A DNA stretch of 64,000 nucleotides from Candidatus Hydrothermarchaeum profundi (lineage in GTDB: Archaea; Hydrothermarchaeota; Hydrothermarchaeia; Hydrothermarchaeales; Hydrothermarchaeaceae), in contig MTMF02000009.1 of assembly GCA_002011125.2 (NCBI GenBank), positions 648,889 to 712,888 on the forward strand, written 5' to 3'. The position numbers and the translations under genes were made by a program. Positions within the stretch are counted from its first letter, which is position 1, and each line of letters starts with the position of its first letter. Under the pieces are notes generated by a model that did no database searches, was not told the origin of the DNA, and saw nothing but the letters and a program-made list of their open reading frames with translations. Below, one piece after another: positions 46,591 to 55,745 of this stretch.

Positions 46591-47443
46591 CATTTTTCAC
46601 TAATCTTGGTATTTCGTATGGAAACTTTGCTATTGTTGCTCCTGCTTTTTTTAGCGCATTTATTTTACTAAGAGCGGTGCCTTTACCTCTTGATATGATA
46701 GCTCCAGCGTGACCCATTTTTTTCTCTTCTGGCGCAGTTATACCTGCAATATATCCTATCACAGGCTTACTCATTTCCTTTATAACTTCTGCTGCTTTTT
46801 CTTCCTCCTCTCCCCCTATCTCCCCAATTAGAACAATGGCTTTTGTTTCAGGATCTTCCTCAAATTCTCTAAGAACTTCAGACATAGATGTACCTAAAAC
46901 TGGGTCTCCACCTATCCCCACTAAGGTGCTCTGACCCAGACCTTCTTCCAATAAGGCGAGTGCGATTTCATAGGACAGAGTGCCGCTCCTGGAAACTAAC
47001 CCTACTTCACCTTCTTTAAAAAACATTCCAGGCATTATACCTACCTTACATTTACCCGGGGAGATTATACCGGCAGTATTAGGACCGATTAGCCTCGAAC
47101 CTTTTAATTCGGAAAAAGCTTTAATTTTCATAGAGTCATGCACAGGGATGCATTCAGTTATTACAACAACCATATCAAGATACTCTAAAGCAGCAAAAGC
47201 GGCGTCCTTGGCGAACATAGATGGCACAAATACTATAGAAACATCAGCATCATGCTCTGACAATGCGGCTTTCATGGTGTCATATACAGGCACTCCATTA
47301 ATGTGTTCTCCTCCTCTCCCGGGAGTAACGCCCGCTACAATCTTTGTACCATAATCTAACATAGCTTTAGTGTGGAAGCTTCCATGTTGCCCTGTGATCC
47401 CCTGAACAATAACTTTAGTGTCCTCATCTATATAGATGCTCAT
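46583..47443 (-). CDS. sucD: Succinyl-CoA ligase alpha subunit
   Basis: QGITG, GVTPG, GPNTAG, SRSGTL, GEIGG, MGHAGA. Confidence 0.93.
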   Translation of the reverse strand: MSIYIDEDTKVIVQGITGQHGSFHTKAMLDYGTKIVAGVTPGRGGEHINGVPVYDTMKAALSEHDADVSIVFVPSMFAKDAAFAALEYLDMVVVITECIPVHDSMKIKAFSELKGSRLIGPNTAGIISPGKCKVGIMPGMFFKEGEVGLVSRSGTLSYEIALALLEEGLGQSTLVGIGGDPVLGTSMSEVLREFEEDPETKAIVLIGEIGGEEEEKAAEVIKEMSKPVIGYIAGITAPEEKKMGHAGAIISRGKGTALSKINALKKAGATIAKFPYEIPRLVKNVI

Positions 47444-48504
47444 CTCGCTAGCTCCACCACTTTTTTTGCGGCCTTATCCATTGAAACCAAAATCTCAAAG
47501 CCCTTCGACTCTAGTAGTCTAGTAGCTTCTTTTTCATTTGTACCACGCAATCTTATTACTAAAGGTATATCGAGTAAGTCTTTGCTATCTATTATCCCTC
47601 TAGCAATTTCATCACATTTAGTTATTCCACCTAGAATGTTAATAAATACAGCTTTCAGTTGGGGGTGTGAGATTATTTTTTCTATCGCTTCTTTCATTTT
47701 TTCCTTTGAGGCTCCGCCTCCGATGTCAAGGAAATTAGCGGGCTTCCCTCCAAGATTTTTAATAGTATCCATAGTACTCATCGCTAGACCTGCCCCGTTA
47801 ACTATACATCCTATATCGCCGTCAAGTTCCACATAGCTTAAACTACTCTCAATTTTGATCCCCTGTCTAAATAAGGCATTGTCATCTACGACCATCCTAG
47901 CGTCCACAGCATAAGCGCCTTCATTAGTAATTCCAAGAGGATTAATTTCTAAGAGAATACAGTCTCTCTCTTCGAATATATTATAAAGTAAATAAAGAAT
48001 ATTACTTACAGATTTAAATTCCTCCCTTTTAAGTCCTAGGTTACCGATAATTTCTCTAGCCCTATGTGGGTAAAATCCGAGTAGAGGGTCAACGGTCTCT
48101 GAAAAAATACAGTCTTTCTTCACGGATTCTATATCTACCCCACCAAAACCACTAGCCATAACGACAGGTTTGCCCAAATTTCTATCGATTGTAATGCCTA
48201 AATATAGCTCTTTCTCAATCTTTATTTTTTCTTCTACTAGCAATTTGTCGACTGTGAAGCCCTTGATATTTGATTTAAGCAGTTTCTGTGCAATTTCATA
48301 GGCAGCTTGAGGATTGCTTGCAAATCTGATGCCTCCAGCTTTACCTCTGCCCCCAACCGGTATCTGGGCCTTTACTGCTACTGGAACCGCTAGTTCAGAA
48401 GCATATGCCGCAGCGGCTTCTGGAGTATATATGACTCTACCTCTAGGGGCCGGTATACCGTACTCTGTAAAGACTTCTTTGGCTTGGTATTCATAGAAAT
48501 CCAT
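47440..48504 (-). CDS. sucC: Succinyl-CoA ligase beta subunit
   Basis: EYQAK, KAQ..GGRGKAGG, EINPL, DDNALFR, NGAGLAM, NFLDIGGG. Confidence 0.93.
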   Translation of the reverse strand: MDFYEYQAKEVFTEYGIPAPRGRVIYTPEAAAAYASELAVPVAVKAQIPVGGRGKAGGIRFASNPQAAYEIAQKLLKSNIKGFTVDKLLVEEKIKIEKELYLGITIDRNLGKPVVMASGFGGVDIESVKKDCIFSETVDPLLGFYPHRAREIIGNLGLKREEFKSVSNILYLLYNIFEERDCILLEINPLGITNEGAYAVDARMVVDDNALFRQGIKIESSLSYVELDGDIGCIVNGAGLAMSTMDTIKNLGGKPANFLDIGGGASKEKMKEAIEKIISHPQLKAVFINILGGITKCDEIARGIIDSKDLLDIPLVIRLRGTNEKEATRLLESKGFEILVSMDKAAKKVVELAR

Positions 48505-48520
48505 AAGAAAGGTAAGGAGA

Positions 48521-49102
48521 TTATTTTCTTAAAGCTTTTTTTAATGCATTGGAGTGGACATCACCCGCTACGTGAAGTGGCGCCTTCTTTTTTGAAATAG
48601 AGTAACCCCCTTTTGCTTTGCAAAGATACTGGACCTCTAGTGCTATCCTAGGAATTGCTTCTTCTACCTTCATACCTTTAATTTTCTCTGCGGCAACCCA
48701 GGTAGCCCCACAGGGAGAGCCCTTCAGGACATCTATCTCCCATATTCTTCCATCTTTCACTTTCACTCTAAACTCTGGGTGTCCGAATTTAAAATCCCGT
48801 AAATTAAGAGAACAGCATACGGGAGGGGTTATAGCGCCTTTGACTTTCTTATTTGGTACTATTATGGGTATATTCTTTTCTCTAGCGATTTCTATGAGAT
48901 AGTCTGTTAGATCGCCATGATGCATGTGGTCAATTATTAATTCGGCTTCAAAATTTTCATCAATATACTCGGAGGGTTCATCTATTATCTGAGGTAGAAA
49001 CTCATCCACGGATATAGTTATGACATCTACATCACCATATTTCTTTAATCCCTCTACGATATGGTCGGCAGAATGTCCTCTCTGAAAAACTGCTACCTTC
49101 AT
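48521..49102 (-). CDS. DUF166 family protein
   Basis: PVCCSL, FG.PE, SPCGAT, YLC, LH.AG.VH; start placed at MKVAVF (ATGA overlap with the upstream small ORF). Confidence 0.8.
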   Translation of the reverse strand: MKVAVFQRGHSADHIVEGLKKYGDVDVITISVDEFLPQIIDEPSEYIDENFEAELIIDHMHHGDLTDYLIEIAREKNIPIIVPNKKVKGAITPPVCCSLNLRDFKFGHPEFRVKVKDGRIWEIDVLKGSPCGATWVAAEKIKGMKVEEAIPRIALEVQYLCKAKGGYSISKKKAPLHVAGDVHSNALKKALRK

Positions 49103-49242
49103 GGTCCCGGTTGAAAGTCTATACATTTTCTCTCCACTATAATGTCAAGATCAATCTCTCCGCTTATTGGGCATCTATTCCAAGTGGAGCCTTGGGATGT
49201 AGTGTGTATTTCTAATAAAACGCAGTCTTGACATTTAACCAC
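49099..49242 (-). CDS. Small Cys-rich protein (47 aa), not in ORF track
   Basis: MVKCQDCVLLEIHTTSQGSTWNRCPISGEIDLDIIVERKCIDFQPGP; SD GGTGAGG; start overlaps the previous TAG and stop overlaps the next ATG. Confidence 0.7.
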   Translation of the reverse strand: MVKCQDCVLLEIHTTSQGSTWNRCPISGEIDLDIIVERKCIDFQPGP

Positions 49243-49373
49243 TACTTCCTCACCACCGCCATCCTCCTTTTAGAAGGCTCCAAGCATGTTAAGTGATAAT
49301 GTTCGAACCTATAGAAGATGCTCGGCTGTGAAGATTCAATGATCCTCCCACATCTAGCGCATTTAAATGTCAT
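49242..49373 (-). CDS. Small zinc-finger protein (43 aa), not in ORF track
   Basis: MTFKCARCGRIIESSQPSIFYRFEHYHLTCLEPSKRRMAVVRK; CxxC...HxxC; GTGGT upstream. Confidence 0.7.
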   Translation of the reverse strand: MTFKCARCGRIIESSQPSIFYRFEHYHLTCLEPSKRRMAVVRK

Positions 49374-49434
49374 TTTTACCACGGTCTTGGAGAGCCCAAT
49401 CAACTTTAACGAGTTAAAATCAAGCTATAATTTT

Positions 49435-49959
49435 TTAGAAGGTAACAGATTTCAACCCTGCAGCAATAGCAGCGAGTATTATACTTTCTAAAATTTTTCT
49501 AACAGAATTTTTCTTTGGTGTTTCGTCATTTATGTAGCCTGTATCGAAAATGTCACGGTAATATAGATACAGATATAGGCCTCCTACAGAGGCGTAAAGG
49601 AATGAAATCGATTCTATTAAGCTTCTACAGACCTCTACTAAAGCATAAGCCGCTGATGGATCGACATTAGCTTCTTTTAATATAAAATAATCCCCACCAG
49701 CGATGTATCTGCCTATTAATATGCCGTTATTATTGCCTAGTATCAATATAGCGAGGAAAGGACCTACTCCACTGAAAATCATTCCTGACAGTATACCGGC
49801 AATAGGCCAAAACAAGGTTCCAATCCGAGTTTCAATAGTGAGAAAATGCGATGGATTATTTTGCTTTATCCCCACAACGATCCCTATTATAAGCGCTAGT
49901 ACATACCCTCTTATTAGAATCATCTGAAAACATTTTTTATTCATTTTTTTCTTTTTCAA
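49435..49959 (-). CDS. Membrane protein, possibly SpoIIM-like
   Basis: Several TM helices; NG..IG and IE motifs loosely resemble SpoIIM; start uncertain. Confidence 0.45.
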   Translation of the reverse strand: MKKKKMNKKCFQMILIRGYVLALIIGIVVGIKQNNPSHFLTIETRIGTLFWPIAGILSGMIFSGVGPFLAILILGNNNGILIGRYIAGGDYFILKEANVDPSAAYALVEVCRSLIESISFLYASVGGLYLYLYYRDIFDTGYINDETPKKNSVRKILESIILAAIAAGLKSVTF

Positions 49960-50410
49960 TATACCTCTGAATAGCCTTCCTAAGTTCCTCTAACTCTTTT
50001 TCAATGTCTTTTTGCTCTCTAAATGCTTCTCCGGAGTTCATTAGTCCTAATTTTTTAAGAAAAACCTCTTCTTCCTTTAATATCCCCTCTATTTCAGAGT
50101 CATCGATTTTGAATACTCCCCCATATTTCTCCTTTAAATCGGACTGTTCCGCTTGGAACTTCCTTGGGAATTTTGAGTTCAGTATTTTAGCGACCATCTT
50201 TTCAATTATTAAAGAGGAAATTATAGCAGCGGTATATAGCCCAAGATCAATTTTACTTAATGGATAAAGTGCTATAGTAGTAAATACCCCGATAGCAATG
50301 CCGGTAATTAGTCTTCTCTTTTTTGTCCATACCTCATACTTCCCTACTTCGATGAGTACCATCTGCCCCATAGTAAAGGACCCGCATAGAAAATATAGAA
50401 CATCGAGCAT
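49937..50410 (-). CDS. Hypothetical membrane protein with C-terminal coiled coil
   Basis: 2-3 hydrophobic segments, then a charged helical tail. Confidence 0.55.
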   Translation of the reverse strand: MLDVLYFLCGSFTMGQMVLIEVGKYEVWTKKRRLITGIAIGVFTTIALYPLSKIDLGLYTAAIISSLIIEKMVAKILNSKFPRKFQAEQSDLKEKYGGVFKIDDSEIEGILKEEEVFLKKLGLMNSGEAFREQKDIEKELEELRKAIQRYIEKEKNE

Positions 50411-50560
50411 GTTGCAAAGCTCTATAACTCCGTTAAATTAAATTTTCGAAAGCCGTTATAATTTTATGAATTCAAAAAGAAATGAAGTCAAATATATCCC
50501 ATAAGGATACCCAAAAATCTTTTTAATTAGAATTTAATATTATTATTTGAGGTGATTTCA

Positions 50561-50761
50561 ATGGGAGAACTTCCAATTGCAGCGTGTGATAGAATTATAA
50601 GAAAGGCAACCGGTTTGAGGGTGGGTAATGATGCAGCAGAAGCTCTTGCAGAATATTTGGAGGAGGTCGGAAAAGAGATTGCTAGAGAAGCAGGTGTTTT
50701 AGCCGAGCATGCTGGGAGAAAGACAGTTAAAGCTAGCGATATAAAGCTTGCTACTGAGTAA
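50561..50761 (+). CDS. Archaeal histone (HMf family)
   Basis: MGELPIAA..RIIR...RV...A...L...AEHAGRKTVKASDIKLA; SD GAGGTGA before the ATG at 50561. Confidence 0.96.
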   Translation: MGELPIAACDRIIRKATGLRVGNDAAEALAEYLEEVGKEIAREAGVLAEHAGRKTVKASDIKLATE

Positions 50762-50857
50762 ACCTTACGGGGGGAGGAAACTCTTTAAATTCTAAGAATT
50801 TTGGGACCCCTTGGAATAATACAAAATTTTAATTATTTGATATGCTATTTATTTTCG

Positions 50858-52900
50858 ATGCTCTCAAGTCTTACTGAAATAAAAGGAGTAGGTGAAAAAG
50901 TAAGGAAGGCTTTGGTAGAACATTTCGGTTCTGAAGAGACCGCCATAAACTCTTTTCTAAACCTTGAATTCTATCCTTTATTCTCATCTCCCTTACCCGC
51001 TCACAAAGCTCTTGAAATAGCGAGGGAAGTCTATTCTCAAGTCGAGGGGTTTCATTATCAGGACATGCTCAAAACACAAGAAATGCGGGAGATCTATACC
51101 GAGATATTTGATATTTTAAAGTCTTTTGCATCTACTGAATTCGGCAGGTTCAAGTTAGGCCTCTTCTTTCCAACTTGCTCAAAAACAGAGCTTGAGAAGA
51201 GGCATAGGCAGGTCAGAAAGGCGATTGAGCTAATTGAATCAACTGAGAGAGATAAAATTAGAGAAATAAAGAAGACGTTGCCTAAACTGCTGGCTGAAGA
51301 TGAAAACACCTCTCCAGAGACATTCTCGGCAGTTATAGTAACTGAAGATAAAAGTTTAACTCAAGAGTTGATTGAGAAAGTAAAAGGGCAAATAGAGGTT
51401 TTTTTATTAGAATCATCTGAGGATATTAGGTACCTCCTTGAATATAAGCACATTAGATACATCCAAACCGAGAATTCTAGGTTTCTGTCGCAGATAGAGT
51501 CTTTAGATAATGTCGAGGTCTTTTTTAATCCGAGAGATGAAGATTTAATCCCGGAAGTTGTTCTCTCTTATTATATAAAAAAAAGAAAAGCAATACTAGC
51601 TGGAAAGAAGATTATTGAATCCTTGGGCGTAGATAAACTCCACAGGCTGAAGCTGGATATAGATGTATCTGAGTTTTTATCTATCGCTGAAAAAGTTGAA
51701 CTTATAAACGGTAACGAAAGGGAATCCGTATTTAATAGGTTCTCGCTAGCATGTAAAAACTTTCACGAGGTAATTGAGCGGGTTTCAAATGAAATAAACC
51801 GAGAAATTAGGGCAATTCTTGAGCAAGATGTGGCATTAAGAGGTAAAGATGTTCTAGCTATACTAGAGAGGGGAGATGTATATAAGTCTCTTCCAAATAA
51901 GATCTTGGAAATCCTGAAGGAAGGAGCAGAAAAATGTGAGAGAGCTATAGCTAAAGAGTTAGGCCTAGAGAAAGAGAGCCTCATGTTTTCTGGGCTCTTT
52001 GATATAAGGTATCCTTTTCAGCCCAATCAAGAGAAGCAGATTGAGATCCTTAGGTGGCTAGAATCTAAGAGAGCTGAAAAAGAGTTTGAATTAAAAAGAA
52101 AGTTAGCACATGAGCTGGGTGACAGACAAGATATAGTAAGGCGGAGCATAGAAAAACTACTCGAAATTGATGTCTTAATAGCGCTGGGAGAATTTTCGAT
52201 AACATATAGAGGAGTTATCCCATCCTTTGGTGAGGAACTCAGTTTTAAAGGCGGCAGGCACATTAAACTTCAAGAACTAGAGCTGGCAGGAAACTATAAA
52301 GTGCAGCCGGTGGACTATAATATAAAAAAGATTTGTGTTTTGACAGGTGCTAACTCTGGGGGGAAGACCACTCTTTTGGAAACAATTGGGCAGATACAGG
52401 TTATGGCGCAATGTGGGCTTCCAGTATTGGCATCTAGTGCCGTGGTACCTATGATTGATGAAGTCTATTATTTTAGAAAAAGTATCCATGGGGCTAGTGC
52501 CGGAGCATTAGAAAACCTCTTAAAGTCCTTTGCAAGTCTCTCTACTTCTAGTAAAAAAAGACTAATACTTGCTGATGAGATCGAATCAGTAACAGAACCC
52601 GGCGCGGCTGCAAAAATAATCTCTTCCATCCTTGAATGGTTTTTGAAAGATGAAAATACTCAAATTGTCTTAGTTACTCACCTGGGAGAGGCTCTTAAAG
52701 ATATCCCTAATGTTAGAATAGACGGGATAGAGGCTAAAGGCTTGGACGAGAATTTAAATCTAATTGTAGACAGGAATCCTCGTATAGGCAGGATAGCTAA
52801 GTCAACGCCAGAGCTAATATTAGAAAGACTGAGGAAAAAAGAAAAATCAACTGACTTTTATCGATACATTTTAGGAAAATTCAATAAACACAACCCTTAA
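50858..52900 (+). CDS. Archaeal MutS2-like ATPase with N-terminal HhH
   Basis: LTEIKGVGEK HhH; TGANSGGKT, AQCGLPV, AGALE, ADEIE..TEPG, VTH. Confidence 0.88.
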   Translation: MLSSLTEIKGVGEKVRKALVEHFGSEETAINSFLNLEFYPLFSSPLPAHKALEIAREVYSQVEGFHYQDMLKTQEMREIYTEIFDILKSFASTEFGRFKLGLFFPTCSKTELEKRHRQVRKAIELIESTERDKIREIKKTLPKLLAEDENTSPETFSAVIVTEDKSLTQELIEKVKGQIEVFLLESSEDIRYLLEYKHIRYIQTENSRFLSQIESLDNVEVFFNPRDEDLIPEVVLSYYIKKRKAILAGKKIIESLGVDKLHRLKLDIDVSEFLSIAEKVELINGNERESVFNRFSLACKNFHEVIERVSNEINREIRAILEQDVALRGKDVLAILERGDVYKSLPNKILEILKEGAEKCERAIAKELGLEKESLMFSGLFDIRYPFQPNQEKQIEILRWLESKRAEKEFELKRKLAHELGDRQDIVRRSIEKLLEIDVLIALGEFSITYRGVIPSFGEELSFKGGRHIKLQELELAGNYKVQPVDYNIKKICVLTGANSGGKTTLLETIGQIQVMAQCGLPVLASSAVVPMIDEVYYFRKSIHGASAGALENLLKSFASLSTSSKKRLILADEIESVTEPGAAAKIISSILEWFLKDENTQIVLVTHLGEALKDIPNVRIDGIEAKGLDENLNLIVDRNPRIGRIAKSTPELILERLRKKEKSTDFYRYILGKFNKHNP

Positions 52901-52932
52901 ATAGATTGTAGAGGAATTCAGAAAGAAGGGAA

Positions 52933-53730
52933 ATGGCTAAGGTAAGTATAGTGAGGTCCAAGAAGCCTGATATCAGGCCAGCTCTTGATTTTATAAATTT
53001 TACTCCAAAAGAGTGCGAGATAGTGGCTATAAAGCCTAATATTTCTTCTCCAGACCCGTATAATACTGGCATCACTACTGACTTACGAATTCTCGAACAA
53101 GTACTGAAAATGTACGAGGGATTAGCCGAGAGAGTGGTTATAGAAAGCAATCCTTATTCTCATAAGATGGAGGAGGTCTTTGAAAAGACCGGTGCCCAAG
53201 AACTCTGCGAATACTACGGTGCGAAGATAGTAAACCTGAGCGAGGATCGCTTGATACCGGTAGAGCTAGATTACTTGGTTCTTAAAAATTTTAAAGCTCC
53301 CAGTACAATTCTGAAGGCCGACTTTCTTATAAATCTCCCTGTGATGAAGACCCATCCAATCACTAAAGTTAGCCTTGCATTAAAAAACATGATGGGGATT
53401 ATACCGGGCTCTAAAGCTATTTATCATCCTAGGATAAGTGAGGCTATAGTTGACGTAATGCGTGTGAGAAAACCGGATTTAAATATATTGGATGGTATTG
53501 TAGGAGTAGAGGGAAGAGCTGGGAGAAAACCTAAGGAGATGGATTTAATTATGGCCAGCACCGACGCGGTTGCTTTGGACACTATTGCCTGCAAAGTAAT
53601 GGGGGTTAACCCTATAAACGTTGAGCATATTTATATGGCTGGATACTACGGTATCGGGGAATATGTGGAGAGAAAAATTCAGGTGGTTGGGGAAACGGTT
53701 GAGAACGTTAGAGACAAATTCGAATATTAA
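52933..53730 (+). CDS. DUF362 domain protein
   Basis: IKPN, NLPVMKTH, LALKNMMG, LDG....G, DAVALD. Confidence 0.88.
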   Translation: MAKVSIVRSKKPDIRPALDFINFTPKECEIVAIKPNISSPDPYNTGITTDLRILEQVLKMYEGLAERVVIESNPYSHKMEEVFEKTGAQELCEYYGAKIVNLSEDRLIPVELDYLVLKNFKAPSTILKADFLINLPVMKTHPITKVSLALKNMMGIIPGSKAIYHPRISEAIVDVMRVRKPDLNILDGIVGVEGRAGRKPKEMDLIMASTDAVALDTIACKVMGVNPINVEHIYMAGYYGIGEYVERKIQVVGETVENVRDKFEY

Positions 53731-54716
53731 ATATCCCAGAATTCTAAAACTCTTCTTTTCACGGCTTGAAGCCTAGATTCTATGTAGTTAGTGACCATTT
53801 CTTCTTCGTTAATCGATTCTTCTAGCGGCTCGTCATATAGATCCATGATGGGAATTAAAGTAGCATAAACACATCTTGCTAAAGCGCTTAAGTTATATCC
53901 TCCTTCAAGTACGAAGATAGTGTTTGCCCCATATTCAACAAGTCTTTTTGATATCTCATAATAAGCCTGGGTTGTGAGCTTCATACCGCCAAGGGGGTCT
54001 TCATGGTGGGCGTCATATCCTGCGGAAACAAACACTAGTTTTGGTTTAAACTCCTCGAGCACTGGTAAGATGATTTCATCTATAGCCTTGAGGTAGCTGC
54101 TATTGCAGGTTCCAGGTGGTAGAGGAATATTTATTATATTTTCCTTTATTTCATCAATTCCGCCTGTTCCAGGGTAGAATGGATATTGGTGGAGAGAAGC
54201 GAAAAGCACGTGAGTATTGCTCTGAAAGATATCTTGTGTCCCGTTTCCATGATGAAGGTCGAAGTCTAATATGAATACTCTCTTTATTTTTCGTTTAGCT
54301 ATAGCGTATCCAGCTCCGACAGCTAGATTATTAAATAGGCAGAAGCCCATTGCCCTGTCCTTTTCAGCATGATGACCTGGCGGCCTCACTAAGGCAAAAG
54401 AATACTTATAATCGTCCATTTGATCTACACAAGTTATAACTCCTCCAGCAGCTAGCATTGCTACTTCATAGCTTTTATCGGTCACATACGTATCAGCATC
54501 TATCATGCCCGTTGGGAAATTTGCTATAAACTCAAGGTGTTCTTTCGTGTGGACTCTTAGTATATCCTCTTTCTTAGCGGGTGAGGGCTCTATGAGAGGT
54601 ATTTTTTCAAACGCATCTTTCTTAGTAAGAAAATTCATCACAGATTTTAGTCTTTTATTGTTTTCAGGATGGGTATCGTTATTATGTAGGAGATACTTTT
54701 CGGAGTAAACTATCAT
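53727..54716 (-). CDS. Histone deacetylase-family (acetylpolyamine/acetoin utilization) hydrolase
   Basis: HPE..RL, RPPGHHA, GFCLFNN, DFDLHHGNGTQ, SAGYD, LEGGY. Confidence 0.94.
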   Translation of the reverse strand: MIVYSEKYLLHNNDTHPENNKRLKSVMNFLTKKDAFEKIPLIEPSPAKKEDILRVHTKEHLEFIANFPTGMIDADTYVTDKSYEVAMLAAGGVITCVDQMDDYKYSFALVRPPGHHAEKDRAMGFCLFNNLAVGAGYAIAKRKIKRVFILDFDLHHGNGTQDIFQSNTHVLFASLHQYPFYPGTGGIDEIKENIINIPLPPGTCNSSYLKAIDEIILPVLEEFKPKLVFVSAGYDAHHEDPLGGMKLTTQAYYEISKRLVEYGANTIFVLEGGYNLSALARCVYATLIPIMDLYDEPLEESINEEEMVTNYIESRLQAVKRRVLEFWDI

Positions 54717-54717
54717 A

Positions 54718-55374
54718 TTACTTCCTCACTAGGAAAGATATTACATGATACATCACGATTAAAGTATCGTAGAATGGTCTTATTGAGGTTTTCTCTTTAG
54801 CGTAAATACAGGATATAGGTACTTCTTTTATTCTGAAGCCTTTACGGGCTGCTTCCAGTATCATGATATGCTCTATAGCATACCTTTCGGCCTTTAATTC
54901 TAGTTCTAAAAGTTTAGAGGTTTTTATAGCACGGAACCCTGACTGGGGATCTGTGATTTTAACTCCTCCGAGAATCGATATCAACGTACTTGCGATATAA
55001 TTAGAAATTCTATTTGCAAAAGGCATACCAGGGGTTTCGCTTAAAAACCTACTGCCTATACATAGATCGCAATCGCTGATACATTCCAAAAGTGAAGGTA
55101 TTTCCTCTGGTGGATGCTGCAGGTCTCCGTCCATTAATACTATGACATCAGAATCTTTCGCTTTTTCTAATCCACGTTTGATAGCTCTTGCTTTTCCTTC
55201 ATTTTTTGGAGACCTTATTACTGAGGCACCCGATGCCTTAGCCTCTCCATAAGTATTATCATAAGACCCATCATCAACTACTATAACGCGATCAACGTAG
55301 TGTGAAGCCTTTTTTACTACAGTACCAATATATTTCTCTTCGTTATAGGCAGGTATTATAGCAACAATTTCCAT
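54718..55374 (-). CDS. Glycosyltransferase family 2 (DPM synthase-like)
   Basis: IPAYNEE, VVDDGS.D, MDGDLQH, DPQSGFRA. Confidence 0.92.
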   Translation of the reverse strand: MEIVAIIPAYNEEKYIGTVVKKASHYVDRVIVVDDGSYDNTYGEAKASGASVIRSPKNEGKARAIKRGLEKAKDSDVIVLMDGDLQHPPEEIPSLLECISDCDLCIGSRFLSETPGMPFANRISNYIASTLISILGGVKITDPQSGFRAIKTSKLLELELKAERYAIEHIMILEAARKGFRIKEVPISCIYAKEKTSIRPFYDTLIVMYHVISFLVRK

Positions 55375-55642
55375 CTTCTAATATTAGCCCCCTATGACAA
55401 GTAAGATTTATTTTCATGCCGTAATACTTAACTCCTACGTCTACTAGGTATTATTTAATTCTGTTTCCGGTAATAAAAACATAAAAATAGATTACCCTAA
55501 GATAAATCAGTATTTCACTTTTATATGTTATCTCCTTCTGTTGTCCTGACCTTCAATAGTGGGGCTAGAGATTTCTTCAAAAGTCACTACTTGCTACTAA
55601 AGTTATTAGAACTAACTAGCTAGGCACAAAGCCCTTTTCCCC

Positions 55643-55658
55643 CGAAAAATTTAAATAC
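55643..55658 (+). promoter_or_regulatory. Orphan BRE-TATA promoter
   Basis: CGAAAAA-TTTAAATA, near consensus, with no plus-strand ORF downstream. Confidence 0.6.
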
Positions 55659-55680
55659 TGTATCCTATAATTATCACATT

Positions 55681-55745
55681 GCCTGGAGGACTGTGGTACT
55701 AGTTTTCCTTGTCCTCTAGGCCCCCTCCCCCTCCACTTATTTTTT
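55681..55745 (+). ncRNA. Candidate small RNA (hairpin, C-rich tail, T-tract)
   Basis: GCCTGGAGGAC/GTCCTCTAGGC 11-bp stem with a G-U pair only on the plus strand; begins about 24 bp after the TATA; ends in T6. Confidence 0.55.

Noticed and set aside
50762-50815. G-run...GGGACCCC after the histone gene, superficially like an archaeal SECIS
   Set aside because: No convincing continuous stem with the GAA/A motif, and no in-frame UGA gene adjacent
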